Shown here: positions 35,901-47,762 of the stretch, one piece after another
How positions within the stretch are numbered: position 1 is the first letter of the stretch
Layout of the letters: each line of letters opens with the position of its first letter
Origin: Lytechinus pictus
Lineage: Eukaryota
Assembly: GCF_037042905.1 (NCBI RefSeq)
Contig: NC_087251.1
Location: forward strand, 41,480,001 to 41,544,000
Reading direction: 5' to 3'
Length of the DNA: 64,000 nucleotides
Notes under the pieces: generated by a model
Databases searched by the model: none
What the model was told of the DNA's origin: nothing
Seen by the model: the letters and a program-made list of their open reading frames with translations, nothing else
Position numbers and translations under genes: made by a program

Positions 35901-38900
35901 CGACCCTCTCCTTGGGATCGCCACCGTATGAACTGTCATCAACGTCTATTAAATCACTGTTGTTTTCCTGCTTGGTGGGAGCATTCATAATCCCCAGTAG
36001 CCGTCCTTTGGGTAAGAGGACCACCTCACTGATGCCTTTCTCAGACCCATCAGCAGACCGGATGACAGTGTAGCTGGAGCGTTTCATGCGGGAGCTTACA
36101 TTCTTTGGCAGCGTGACTCTCATGGGGCGGGGAGCGCTGGGTAGGATGTACATTGTAGAGTTAGCAGGATTCTCAACTCCTTTCTTAGCTGTAATGTAAA
36201 AGCAATCAGGAAGAATAGATAAGTGTCTCAGGCACATATTAAGTTATCATCATTGAGAGAACAGTGTTTTTAACTGAAGTCACTACCCTGGGGAAATATG
36301 ACATTCTTATTATTATCAATTACTATCATCATCATTATCATCATCATCATCGTCATCATCTTCATCATCATCATCACCACCACCACCATCATCTTCTTCA
36401 TCATCATCATCATCATCATCACCACCACCACCATCATCATCATCATCACCAACATGATCATGATCATCATTATCACTATTACATCATTTTAACATTGAAA
36501 ATATGCTACATGAACATCTGAGAAGCAACATGAATTATGGAAGAATGGATTTAGTTTTTCCACAATGACTAGAAAAAAAGCTAAAGTAATCTTTGACGGT
36601 CAGTTATAAGTGAAACAGAAAAGTACTGTTCAAGTAAACATAACAATAAGATGATCATTACTTGGTGCATTCTCTGAACAGATAATGCATGTCACATTCA
36701 AATGAATAAGTACTTACATTCTTTCTTTTTGTGTTTTTTTGCTGAGGGTGCCATCATATTTATTCCTAGGGATAAAAACAAAGATATCGTGAAAATAAGG
36801 GTGGTTCATCTGTAGTGTACTTGGAATGCAAAGAAGAGTCTTTTTTTAAAGGCCAAATGTCACACATTCTGCAAAATATGGGTAAAATATTACTGAAACA
36901 GATAAATAAAGGTCAAATTCTGCCATAAAAGGCTGACCACACATTATGCTACACCATACATAACTCCTACAATCAAGAACAAAATGTCCATCAATTTCTC
37001 AAAATAGTCTTACAAGGTCAATGCCACATTGTAAAACATTGGGCCTAGAGGGGATATCCCAATTTAAAAGTTGCAATCTTTCTCCTTTAGAACAAATACT
37101 GAAATCTCCCTAATCTACTTTCATTAATTTTGTCCCTATATACCTCTGTTGGTGACAGTGAGTAGTTCTCCCACGTGTCTGAGAAGGTGTTTGGTGATCT
37201 GTCTCTTTGTGTCCTCATCATTCCCATAGAATTTTTCAGTGCAGTAGTGTGGTAGCATCTTACAGCTATATACATGCTGCTTCACTTGAGCTTTACTTTC
37301 TTCTGTTGGAACCTGCAATACAAACGAAAAAGAATTATGAGATATTTGGATAGACGTTAATAGACATTACATATTTTTTTAATTACATTCATTAATAGTC
37401 GTATTACTGATGTCCATGCTGATGCTGTTGTTGCTATTATCTTTATCATCATAACCACCATCATCATCATCATTACCACCATTGCTGCTGCTGCTACTAC
37501 TACTACTTTTTTTTTTTTTCTAATTTTTTAAATTTTATTGATTTTCGAGATTTTTTGTAACATAAAAAAAAAAATCATACAGGAATTACATAATTGTATA
37601 ACATTAAAAGAACAATAATCAAATAGGAATCACTGTAACAATTACCAAAAAAAAAAAAAAAAAAAACAGACCTGATGTAAAAGCTAAAAAATGAGTCCCT
37701 GGTGGTTTGGATTGTCTCATTATCAAAATATAATTATGGATAATTGAAATAAATTCTCAATAGGGGACCATTTTCTATAGTGCGTGTTTTCTTTGTGCTT
37801 TTGTTTAGCAATTACCAATTCTATATGTCTGATTTTGCAAATGAACGCTTCAAAACCTATGAAACTTACTACTAAATTCCTGCATTTCTGAATATAAATG
37901 TATCTCTTCAATAAGATACGACTACTACTGCTACTGCTACTGCTACTACTACTACTATACTACTACTGCTACTGCTACTTCTACTACTACTACTACTATT
38001 ATTACTACTACTCCAACCACCATCACCTGTTATACTTCTACCACTATCATTATCAATATCGTCATTCACGATCATAGTAACTGGTAACATGTAATTCCTT
38101 ACTCTACAACATTCTACTCATCATACCTTGAAACTTGTATGTTTGGAGAATTTCTTGACCAGCTCAGCAGCGGGTAGCATCCTCAGAAGGTCCACATCCA
38201 GGACATTTCTTGCAATATGCTTGGACCTCTTCTTCGTAGGAGCCGGTCTAGGGCTACTCACCGATAGACCTGCTTCTCCATCCTTTGACTTACTAGGTCT
38301 GGTTTCTTGATCCCTGGGCACACGGTCAGCAGCAAGAATAGGAAACACAAAGGTCTTCTTCTTCCGCTTTTTCTTTTTAAGTTTGAGTGAAGCTTTGTGC
38401 GCTTTGCTCAATTTAGGTTGTTTTATCTCCTCTGGTTGGATGTGGACAGCATGAGTAGACATCACATTTACAGGCTGAAAAAATAATATCACAGAAAATA
38501 ATAAATGAAAAAACTTAAAAACAATCCCATGCTTCATTTGATTGATTTAATAAATGATCTCATTAATCATCAGATAACCTTGTCATAAAATCAAATAAGA
38601 ATCCATTTATCAGGAAAATTATCTAAATAAAAATAAATGATATATTACATTCAAATATCAATTAAAAAAAAAACAAGATATAGCAAATAGAAGGAAAACA
38701 TTATTTTCACAGAGCAGTCAGCTACTTCTACAATCTTTAAAAAGCAATACAAATTGAAACACTCTGCTTTTATAAAGCATGAATAGGAATAAAATCTCTA
38801 AGCACTGACATAGAAATTTTCTACATTGTTTGTGGCTAAAGATTATGATTTGAATGTCTATGGTATCATCAGAATATGATACCAACTTGTTTGCATTTTT

Positions 38901-41900
38901 ATCAGGAAAATGCAGAAATTTACCTTAGCTGGAGGGGCTTTTTTCTTTTTGCGCTTCTTCCTTCTACTTGATAGCTCCACATCTGGAGACAAAGGCCTCT
39001 TTGGAATGATCTTCCTTTGAGGTCTAGTCCTAGCAAGAGAAGCTTCATCTGGCTCAGATTTGACTGTACTCCTTGATGGCCTTGAAACCCGCTCTAAAAT
39101 CAATAACAACAAAAGCATTTGTAACTTTCAATTTCATCTATAATTACAGACCTGTACAATATTTTTTTTGCAAAAGATGCAGTTAAGTTCTGTTGGGCAT
39201 TTTAATGAAGCATTTTATACATTCCAGGTTGTGAAGATTTGTAATATTATCTTAGATTCCTTTCAAACAATTTATGAAATATTGTTTTTAAATTTCTTCA
39301 AATTACAGTCTTGTCTCATTTTCTCAGTAACACAATATCTCATTTTGTAGATTTCGATATGGAGATAAAAGTGAAATTGGTCTTGTACACATGTTAGGAA
39401 GGGTTGTTGATTGTCTGAAAAGACAATAATTTCAAGATTTTTGTATTTTCATTAATTGTTGAAAGTTCTGTCAGACAATATTGCAAAGGCCAAAGCACAA
39501 GCCTTAACAGTTATTCATGATATCTGATACATGAATTTTTAAATAAGCCAGCTAAAGCCTGAGCAAACAACGTTTTTACCTGATTAATTGTACGGATCAG
39601 ACATCGGACCCCCATTCTACCTTTTGCTAGTGAAAAAAACAACTTTTTTGGGTTTAGATCTATAGATTAATGAATTTAAAGCAATTTTATCAAGATTAGA
39701 TCCCTAGGCCTATATATTTGTTCCTGATTTTTTTCATAAAATAATTATAATCTGTTTAATAGACCCATGCTCTTGGTGGTTTTCTGTGCTTATTTCATAG
39801 GCGGATCCAGGGGGGCCCGCCCCCCCCCCCCTATTGGCAGAGCAAAAAAAAAGACAAAAAAGGGAAAAGAAAGAAAAAAAGGGGAAAAGAGAGGAGAAAA
39901 AAAGAAGAGGAAAAATAAGAGAAGGAAGACGAGTGAATAAAATAAATGAGGGGAAGAACTGGATAATCTTTTTTTTTTAATCATTCATGTCATTATATAA
40001 AATTTTCGCTTGCGCTTCGCGCTCGCATTGCTTGATAGGTGAATTACATATATTGCTCAGTATAGAGCTTTAATAATCGAGTTTAGACGTCAATATACAA
40101 AACATATTTCAACTCGGAATCAAACTTTCATTATTTTGTTTGATTTACAAATTGATTTTTTTAAATGGCTTTGTAAAAATGTCAGTTTTATGGTCTGAAT
40201 ATCAACATTTTCTGCTCGCTTGCACTCGCATTATTAATGTAGGAAGATCCCCAAGTACTCATCATTTTCATGATTTATAAAACATGAATAGTGTCCTGTT
40301 TGATTTAATTTGTCAGGTAGGCCTACCTATTATTTTCTTGTATTCCAAAAAATTCTCAAAAAAATCCCTATTTAGGTCTGATTGTTAAACGTTTCAGCTA
40401 GCACTGGACGCTTGTATTTTGATCGGTGAGTTATGAATATCTCAATATATCAATTCTTTAACAAACTACTTAAAATCCCAATTTCATGACAGTTTATCAA
40501 AAACTTCGGCTCGTGATTTGCGCTCACATTAAGTGCTTAAAATATATTAACTCATGCAATAAATAAGATTTTAATTTCACAATTAAATTGTCCCTTTTTT
40601 CAGAATGGAATATGGACAAGTTTCATCTCGCGCTTAGGAAGAGAAATAGGAAGATAGTCATCATTTTCATGACAAAATGTTCTCAGAATGTCCCGGTCCT
40701 ATGTCAAAAATTCAAAGTAATAATAATGAAAAACATCAGCTCTTTATTAAGTGCGATCCATCATTATCCACCTCACAATTTTCCTACAAAGTGCTTGAAA
40801 TATAGACTATTGACCCTTTTTTAGATCGGAATATCAGATATTTTAAGCTCGAGCTTTGCGCTCGCTTTATCGACAAAAATACATTTAGAATGCCAAGATT
40901 CTAGGTTTAAATCTGAAACACGCACACGTGAATAGAGTGTCCCCGTTTGTAGGTCTAAATATCGAATTTTTCCGCTCGCTCTTCGTGCTCGCATCAATTG
41001 TTTAGTTATAGATCTATACCTATCTTGTTAATCACAATTAAAAAAGAGCTTAAAATTTCAATTCTTTAGGTAGAAATGTCAAAAATTTTCAGCTCATGCT
41101 TCGCGCTCGCATTATTTGTTTGTTGAAATATGACACAGAATCCTGACATCCGAGGCACAAAACTGGACCCTCACAAAAAAGGAAAAGTTCTGTCTCGTTC
41201 GTTCTCCTTCTTTCAAAATTGAAAACAAAATGGCCGATCGATACCGAGAACGAACACGACATGGAGGTCTAACTTTTCCTTTTTTTGAATGTCCATCTTG
41301 TGCCTCAATGTCAGGATTCTGTGTCACGATAGACCTTCATCCATATAATCGAGGTAAGTGCATAATTTATTTTTTCCCCTTTTAATATTAGAGTAAGTTA
41401 ATTTTGAGTGCTAGCCTATATTGCGACCCCATTCTAACCCATTTTGGAGAGTACCATGTCTGCCTAGTATTACACATACGACTCCTGGGCTCCAGCCTGG
41501 GGGCTCGCTGGGTTAAGTACCAGTACGTTTCTAACTTTATTTAATAATTTATATGGCCAGTGTCAGTGACACCGGCCGGCAGTGTCGAATTCCCAATTTC
41601 CACTCCAGAGTCCGACGTCCAGGATGCATGCACATGAAGGTAAATAAAGCATTAGGCCTAAAATGCCGAATGAATCGTTGCAGCATGTAATTTTCAGTAG
41701 ACTGGCTTCCTCAACGTCAACTGCCTCTCGATCCTCCTTGTCTCGTTGTTGTCTTGCTTGATTGCTTGGCCCTAACGTTAGATGTCGTCCTGACTGCGCT
41801 ACTACGGCGTACGGTACCGGTACGTTGTATGTTGCTGTGCACACGCACACCGAGTTGCGTTTCACGTTTGTCTGCGCGACGAAATTGGAATGTAAATGAG

Positions 41901-42045
41901 TTTACATTAACTATAATAATACCTTTAAATAACGTTTAATTTTGACAGAAAATACGCAAAAATAGTAAATACACAACTTACCCTTCTTTTTATGGTCGGA
42001 TGCTGACTTGGTTGGGTTATTTTGCTTTCTTTTCATCGAAGACAT
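32398..42045 (-). CDS. C2H2 zinc-finger protein, 833 aa. complement(join(41982-42045,38924-39093,38127-38474,37144-37312,35080-36188,34009-34138,32398-32909))
   Basis: All six introns are GT-AG with consistent phases; total 2502 nt. The start is aaaATG (MSSMKRKQ...). Four tandem C-terminal fingers: CEIC..HYRSH, CDIC..HTMIH, CSYC..HLRRH, CSDC..HLRSKH, with AGIKPY/TGEEPF linkers. Basic NLS-like runs are present in the N-terminal region. Confidence 0.88.
33826..33902 (-). mobile_element. tRNA-derived SINE head
   Basis: The reverse strand has A-box GGCTCAGCTGG and B-box-like GAGTTCCAACC, but no intact cloverleaf. Confidence 0.5.
34009..34138 (-). CDS. Zinc-finger gene exon 6 (first canonical finger, FTCEICNKVLTAASTLRAHYRSHA)
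   Basis: tgcag|CAA...GCAG|gtaggt, 130 nt. Confidence 0.92.
34470..34685 (+). mobile_element. tRNA-derived SINE
   Basis: A-box TAGCTCAGTCAG, B-box GGGTTTGATTC, a tRNA-unrelated body and an (AATC)n tail. Confidence 0.75.
35080..36188 (-). CDS. Zinc-finger gene exon 5 (long low-complexity exon with poly-Ser)
   Basis: tacag|CT...AAG|gtatga, 1109 nt, inside ORF 35074..36237. Confidence 0.9.
36323..36480. repeat. (CAT/CAC)n microsatellite
   Basis: Direct observation; it produces the spurious poly-His/poly-Met ORFs. Confidence 0.95.
37144..37312 (-). CDS. Zinc-finger gene exon 4 with atypical C-x6-C...H-x3-H motif
   Basis: tgcag|GTT...AGAG|gtatat, 169 nt. Confidence 0.85.
37507..37915 (-). mobile_element. 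5'-truncated L1/Tx1-like retrotransposon inserted in a (CTA)n microsatellite
   Basis: Peptide KRYIYIQKC...FICKIRHIELVIAKQKHKENTHYRKW resembles a Tx1 ORF2 C-terminus; AATAAA and a poly(A) tail; CTA repeats on both sides. Confidence 0.65.
38127..38474 (-). CDS. Zinc-finger gene exon 3 (PVNVMSTH...KHTSFK)
   Basis: tttcag|CCT...AAG|gtatga, 348 nt. Confidence 0.87.
38924..39093 (-). CDS. Zinc-finger gene exon 2 (ERVSRPSRSTVKSEPDE...RRKKRKKKKAPPAK)
   Basis: ttttag|AG...AAG|gtaaat, 170 nt. Confidence 0.85.
39796..41115. mobile_element. Probable non-autonomous DNA element with a recurrent CGCTCGCGCTTCGCGCTCGC motif
   Basis: Starts CATAGGCGGATCCAGGGGGG; about 7-8 motif copies between 40003 and 41113; matching right terminus not seen. 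Confidence 0.5.
41131..41327. repeat. 30-bp inverted repeat enclosing a CpG-rich core (small MITE-like)
   Basis: TGACACAGAATCCTGACATCCGAGGCACAA / TTGTGCCTCAATGTCAGGATTCTGTGTCA. Confidence 0.65.
41982..42045 (-). CDS. Zinc-finger gene first coding exon (MSSMKRKQNNPTKSASDHKKK)
   Basis: aaaATG; ends AAG G|gtaagt, phase 1, matching the next exon. Confidence 0.75.
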
Positions 42046-44239
42046 TTTTAGGATTGAGTTGATGGTCGTCTGCTGTGCATTGATAGCAGAAGCATCATGG
42101 CTGTATACCGTTTTCCAGCAAAGATATACCTTTTGGAAATTACCCAGGGTACAGTGCGTTCTCAAATAAAAATTTAGTTTTCATGCAAAATATGACTTTT
42201 ATCATAGGTGTTTTAGTCTCAACAAATAATCTTATTTGACGTATCTTGTATTTACAATGACAGATATTATAAAAAATACAGTTAAATCTACTTTTTATAG
42301 TGCCCCAAAAAGAAATGCTTTATGGGTATAAAGAATTCGCGAAGAAGGTAAAAGGTGTAGACGAGATTTACGAACGTGATTTTTAGATGGATCTCGTGAA
42401 CGACGAGAAATTATCCCTGTTAGATTTTGCTGGTAAAAAATTGTTCAAGCACAGTCACAGAGCCATCAATGTAGGTAAGTGAGATAAATCGACCAAAATA
42501 TTATAAATTTCATCACAAATGCGTTATAAATTATTGAGGACATATTATATATGATATGAGAGTTGACCCTTAAATCAAGTTATTATAAATTCTATGTATA
42601 TAACCTACATAATCCTGTTCAATTTGCAATCGAAATTGTCTTGTGTCTTGTGAGAATCAATGAATGTGAGACTGACATTGACAAACTAGTGAGAGAGTGA
42701 GACCGATTGAGTCAGCTGAGGCGGAGTGCATTGCATTCTCACAATGGGTGATTTCTGGTGTTGGTGTTGTGACAACACCAGCCACATCACACTCATTCTA
42801 TGATGAACAAGGTTCTTCTTCTGTTGAGTTCAGTCCTCTTTACCATGTTTACAGAATGTTATGAACTTAAGTTATGATCATGATGATAGACTAGACAGCT
42901 GGCAGCTGCCTGTTTCGAGGAGTTTTTTAACATCTTTAATTTTTTTTATTTTAAATTTCTCCTCGTACACAGACGGCTCGCTATCATGCAGCCACCATTA
43001 GGGGGTTAATGCAAAATCCCCCCGACTGGGCTCATTGATTTTTGTCTTTATTTCATAAAAATATATAAAAAGAACTGTACCAAAATAAAGCTAGATTATC
43101 ATTCTGTTTTGGCCTGAAATGCACCAAACGGGGAAAAATAAACTTAAAAGGGGGAAAACAGCGACTTACTTTGGCTGTCGCGCAACTTCACTTCCCTGTT
43201 TTATCCGAACTTAATACAGAAATATGGCCATCGAGTCCCTGTACAGATCGAGCTAGAACTTCGGTCTCTGTATTTGGTGAGTAGAGCCAACAGAGTTCAG
43301 CGGAACAGCCAACATAACAAGAGATCGAAGCTTTTGGTCTAGGTTATGATCACTAGCTCACTGCAACCATCCTGCCTGTGGGGAATCGACAGGTAGGACT
43401 ATGGTATGCCAATGCTGTACAGAGCACACACTTTAAAAAATCATTAAAATATCACGTTTGTGACCAAAATTTCTAATTTCCATACAGTTGCAATTTATTT
43501 GTCATTAGTAACTTGGGAATAAATTTTGTATTCACCAGAGCGCTCAAAAACTTGAATTTGGGGCATATTTTTGTGTACGCCCTCTATTGTTGGAAAGTAA
43601 TATGGCAAGAAAATTTTCATTTTTCAATCTCTATTTTTAATTAAGAAAAAAATGATTTAAAAAATCAAATTTACTTAAGAGCCAAGTTGTATCATGAAAA
43701 GGTGTAATTGAAACTGTCAGTGTAAAAAATCAAGCCTTTGTCCCAAAGAAAAAGAGAAAATAAGCCCAACATTGCTACCCTTATTTTGCTACACATGGAG
43801 ATATAACAGAGAACAAGGTTATATCATAACCTTGTTCATTGAATGAGTGGTTATGATATAACCTTGTTCTCTGTTACTACACATCCATAAGAATAATCTC
43901 ATTTCAAAGGTCAAGTCCACCCCAGAAATATCTTGATTTGAATAAATGGGAAAAATCAAACAAGAATAACGCTGAAAATGAGGAGACTGATGACATCACT
44001 CACTCCCTATTTCTACTGTATTTTATCATATGAAATGTGAAATATTCTAATTTTCTCACGTAATAAGGCAGGGCTCCACACTAACCCTTTTTTCTACTGG
44101 TCCAACCTATTCATGTCGGACCAGTAGATACCCAGATTTTCCGAACCTAAAATCTACTGGTCCCAAAAAATAAAGAAAACCTTTAAAAAAGGAGGAGTTT
44201 ATTTTGCTGTCCTTTCTTGTAACCCCCCCCCCCCTCCAA

Positions 44240-44885
44240 AAAAAAAATGAAGGAATGAAAGACAAACAGAAAGCAAGACACAAGAAAGAAAGAAAGAAAT
44301 AAAAGGTAGAAGAATAGATGAAAAGAAGAAAAAAAGAAAGACTGACAGACAAAGAAAGGAAGGAAAGAAAGAATGAAAGGAGAGAAAGGAAGCAAGCAGT
44401 AACAAAATATAGAAAGAAAAGGTAAAAGGATAGATTGAACGAAGGGAAAAAAGAAAGAACAAAAAACAGAAAGAAGAAAGGAAGGAACGAATGAAAAAAT
44501 AGAGAAAGGGCTGAAAGAAGGAAGAAATAAAAAACAAGAAAGGTTAAAGAAAGGATGGATGGAAGGAAGGAAGAAAGAAACAGAAAATAACAAAGAACGA
44601 AGGAAAAAAAGGGTAAAAAGAAGGAAGGAAAGAAAGAAAGGAAGAAAGTAAGAAGAGATAAATATAGGATGGATGGACTCAAGAATTAAAGAAAGAAATA
44701 AAAAAAAAAAAAAAAAAAGAAATAGAGAAAAACATTTTTTAAATGGATAGAAATAATGAAAGAACGAATTAAAGAAAGAAAGGGAAATTAAGAAAGACAG
44801 TAACAAAAAAAATGAAAGAAGAGGGGGAAGAAACAAAGAAAGATTGAAAAGAAAGAAAGATAGAAAGAAAACAGAGGAAGAAAGC
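44240..44885 (+). repeat. (GAAA)n-like polypurine tract
   Basis: Direct observation; it produces the Phe/Leu/Ser ORFs on the - strand. Confidence 0.92.
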
Positions 44886-44945
44886 TAAAACTATCATAAA
44901 TAAATTATCAGTTTCTTTTTGGCTCAATTAAAATATAGCTACGAA

Positions 44946-47762
44946 TAGACGGGTAAATATATGGTTTGACCCGGAACAAATTGCAACAAATGATTTTTCA
45001 ACGGTATTTTGTACTATTTGACCTCAGGAATAACATACTAAAAATCTACCAAAATCCGCATCCGGGAAAATTGTTATTTTCAAGATGGCGTCCAAGATGG
45101 CCGCCATTCACTAAAAATGGATATAACTCACTCATTATCCACCGTAGAATCCTATTTGGGTTCATATTCCATGGTCCAATGGGTAAAATAATTTATTTAT
45201 ACAAGTTCAGAGTGAATATTAGCACTCCAGGGTACCAAGCAAATCCAAGATGGCGCCCAAAATGGCTGCCGTAGTCTAAAAAATCCACAATTCATCTATT
45301 ACTTACTTAAGTGGCTTTAATTTGGTTTCCATTCGATTGTTTTAATGATGAAGTAGTACGTCGGGACAAGTTACAAGGACAACCAGTGGTCTGGTGTGTC
45401 AAAAAATACAGGATGGCTTCCAAATATTGAGTTTAAAATGGCTATTAATCCTTAAAATGGACATAGCTCATATCACATCCACTTGAGAGATATGGTTTTG
45501 GTGTCTAGACCATGGTTTCAATGGTCAAATAATACATTGGAACAAGTTACAAGGACAGTCAGTGGTCCGGTATGTTCAAAAATCCAAGATGGCTTCCAAA
45601 AATGGAGTAAAAAATGCTGTTGCTCCTAAAAAAAACCAACATAGTTTGTTCAATATCCGGGAATATGATTTTTTGCCTATACCATGGTTTCATGGTTAAA
45701 ATAATACGTTTGGACTGGTTACATTAATATGCAGTTGTCCAGTTTGCCTAAAACACAAGAGGGTTTTTAAAAAAGGAATATAAAACGACACATATCATTC
45801 AATAGTGGTCAGAGTTCTACAATATTCATCTGCAAGAAATAATGTTGGTGTCCAAATTGTGGTATGAAGGGTCAAATAATACATTCGGACAAATAACAAG
45901 GATGGTTAGTACACCATTTTGTCAAAGAATCCATGATGGATTCTAAAATTTCATAAAAATGGGTGCTGTTACCATCTCATGAAGCAATATGATAACTTGT
46001 CCCCATGCATTTAAGTGTAGGCACCAAGATTATTTCTAACAGGTATATATTTTATGGAGCAGTAGTCACTTTACATGCTTTAGAACCCATTTTTAAGCCA
46101 ACTTGGATATCATGGTAACCAGTCGCAAAGTATTGGGACCCTTGAAACCCTAGTGTAGACACCAAAATAATATCCCCAAGGTGTATTTATAATGTTCTAC
46201 ATCCACTTTTACGTAACAGCAGTCATTTAAGACCCCCATTTTTAAAGCCATCTTTGATTTTTGGACATACCTGACACCTGACTGTCTTTTCAACTTAACC
46301 CAATGTATTGCTTGACCCTGTAAACTCTAGTATAGACAGTAAAATCATACCTCCAAGGTGTATTTATAATAAACTATGCATACTTTTAAGTAGCAACAGT
46401 CAATTTACACCCCATTTTTTAAAATTAATCTTGGATTTTTTAACATACAGACAACTGATTGGTCTTGTAACTTACCCTAGTGTATTACTTGACCCTTTTA
46501 AACCATGCTTTAAACACAAAACTCTTATTTCCCGGACAGATATTATACAAACTATGTCCTTTTATAGGTAACATCAGACATTTCTTACTCCATATTTGGA
46601 AGCCATCTTGTAATTTTGGACATACTAGACCACTGACTGCCATTGTCTTGCCCTAATATATAATTTGACCCTTAAAACCATAGTTTAGACACCGAAATCA
46701 TATCTCATAGGCGGATTTAATATGAGCTATGACACTTTTAAGTATCAACAGCCATTTCAGAATCAAGTTTTGGAAGCTATATTGGATTTTTGGTCATACC
46801 AGACCACTGACTGGCCTTAAAACCTGTCCCAATGTATTATTTTGGCCCTTAAACCAGTGGTTTAGACACCAAAATCGCATCTCCCATGCCGATATGAAAT
46901 AAGTTATGTCCGCTTTAAGTAGCAGCAGTCAATTTAGAATAAATTTTTGGAAGCCAACTTAGATTTTTTGACCGACCAGGCCACTGACTGTCCTTGTTAC
47001 TTGCCCTGATGTATAAATTGATCCTTGAAACTAGTGGTTTAGACACCAAAATCACATATCCCAGGCCAAAATTAAATGAGCTATGTCCGCTTTAAGTATT
47101 AGCAGCCATTTCAGAATCCATTTTTAGAATCCATCGAGGATTTTTGAACATACTGGACCACTGACTGTCCTTGTAACTTGTCCCAGTGTCTTATTTGACC
47201 ATTGAAATCATGGTCTAGACACCAAAATCACTATGTCCCAGGCGGATATGAAATGAACTATGTCCATTTTAATTATCAACAGCCATTTTAAACTCTATTT
47301 TTGGAAGCCATCTTGGATTTTTGGACACACCAGACCACTGGCTGTCCTTGTAACTTGTTTCAATGTAATATTTCACCCTTAAAACCATTGAATAAAAAAC
47401 AAATTTAGATGAATTGTGGATTTTCAGCCTACGGCAGCCATTTTGGGCGCCATCTTGGATTTGCCTGGTACACTGGAGGGCTTATAATTCATTCTAGCCT
47501 AAATCAATTTTTGTACCCCCAGACCATGGAATATGAACCGAAATAGAATTCTCGAGTGGATAATGTGTCAGTTGTATCCATTTTCAGTTAATGGCGGCCA
47601 TCTTGGACGCCATCTTGAAAATAACCACTTTCCCGGATGCCGATTTTGGTAGATTTTTAGTATGTTATTCCTGAGGTCAAATAGTACAAAATACCGTTGA
47701 AAAATCATTTGTTGCAATTTGTTCCGGGTAAGGCTATTTTTGGTCGTATATTGACCCGTCTA
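44946..47762. mobile_element. Foldback-type (Academ-like) non-autonomous transposon with internal ~177-bp subrepeats
   Basis: gaa|TAGACGGGT...ACCCGTCTA|gaa; ~400-bp unique TIRs, then about 4 forward and about 8 reverse tandem subrepeats. Confidence 0.8.

Noticed and set aside
35099..36073. Several + strand ORFs
   Set aside because: Antisense shadows of the zinc-finger exon 5
36264..36521. Poly-His/poly-Met/poly-Ile ORFs
   Set aside because: Intronic (CAT)n microsatellite
44107..44836. 191-217 aa hydrophobic ORFs
   Set aside because: Reverse complement of a (GAAA)n tract; no real domain
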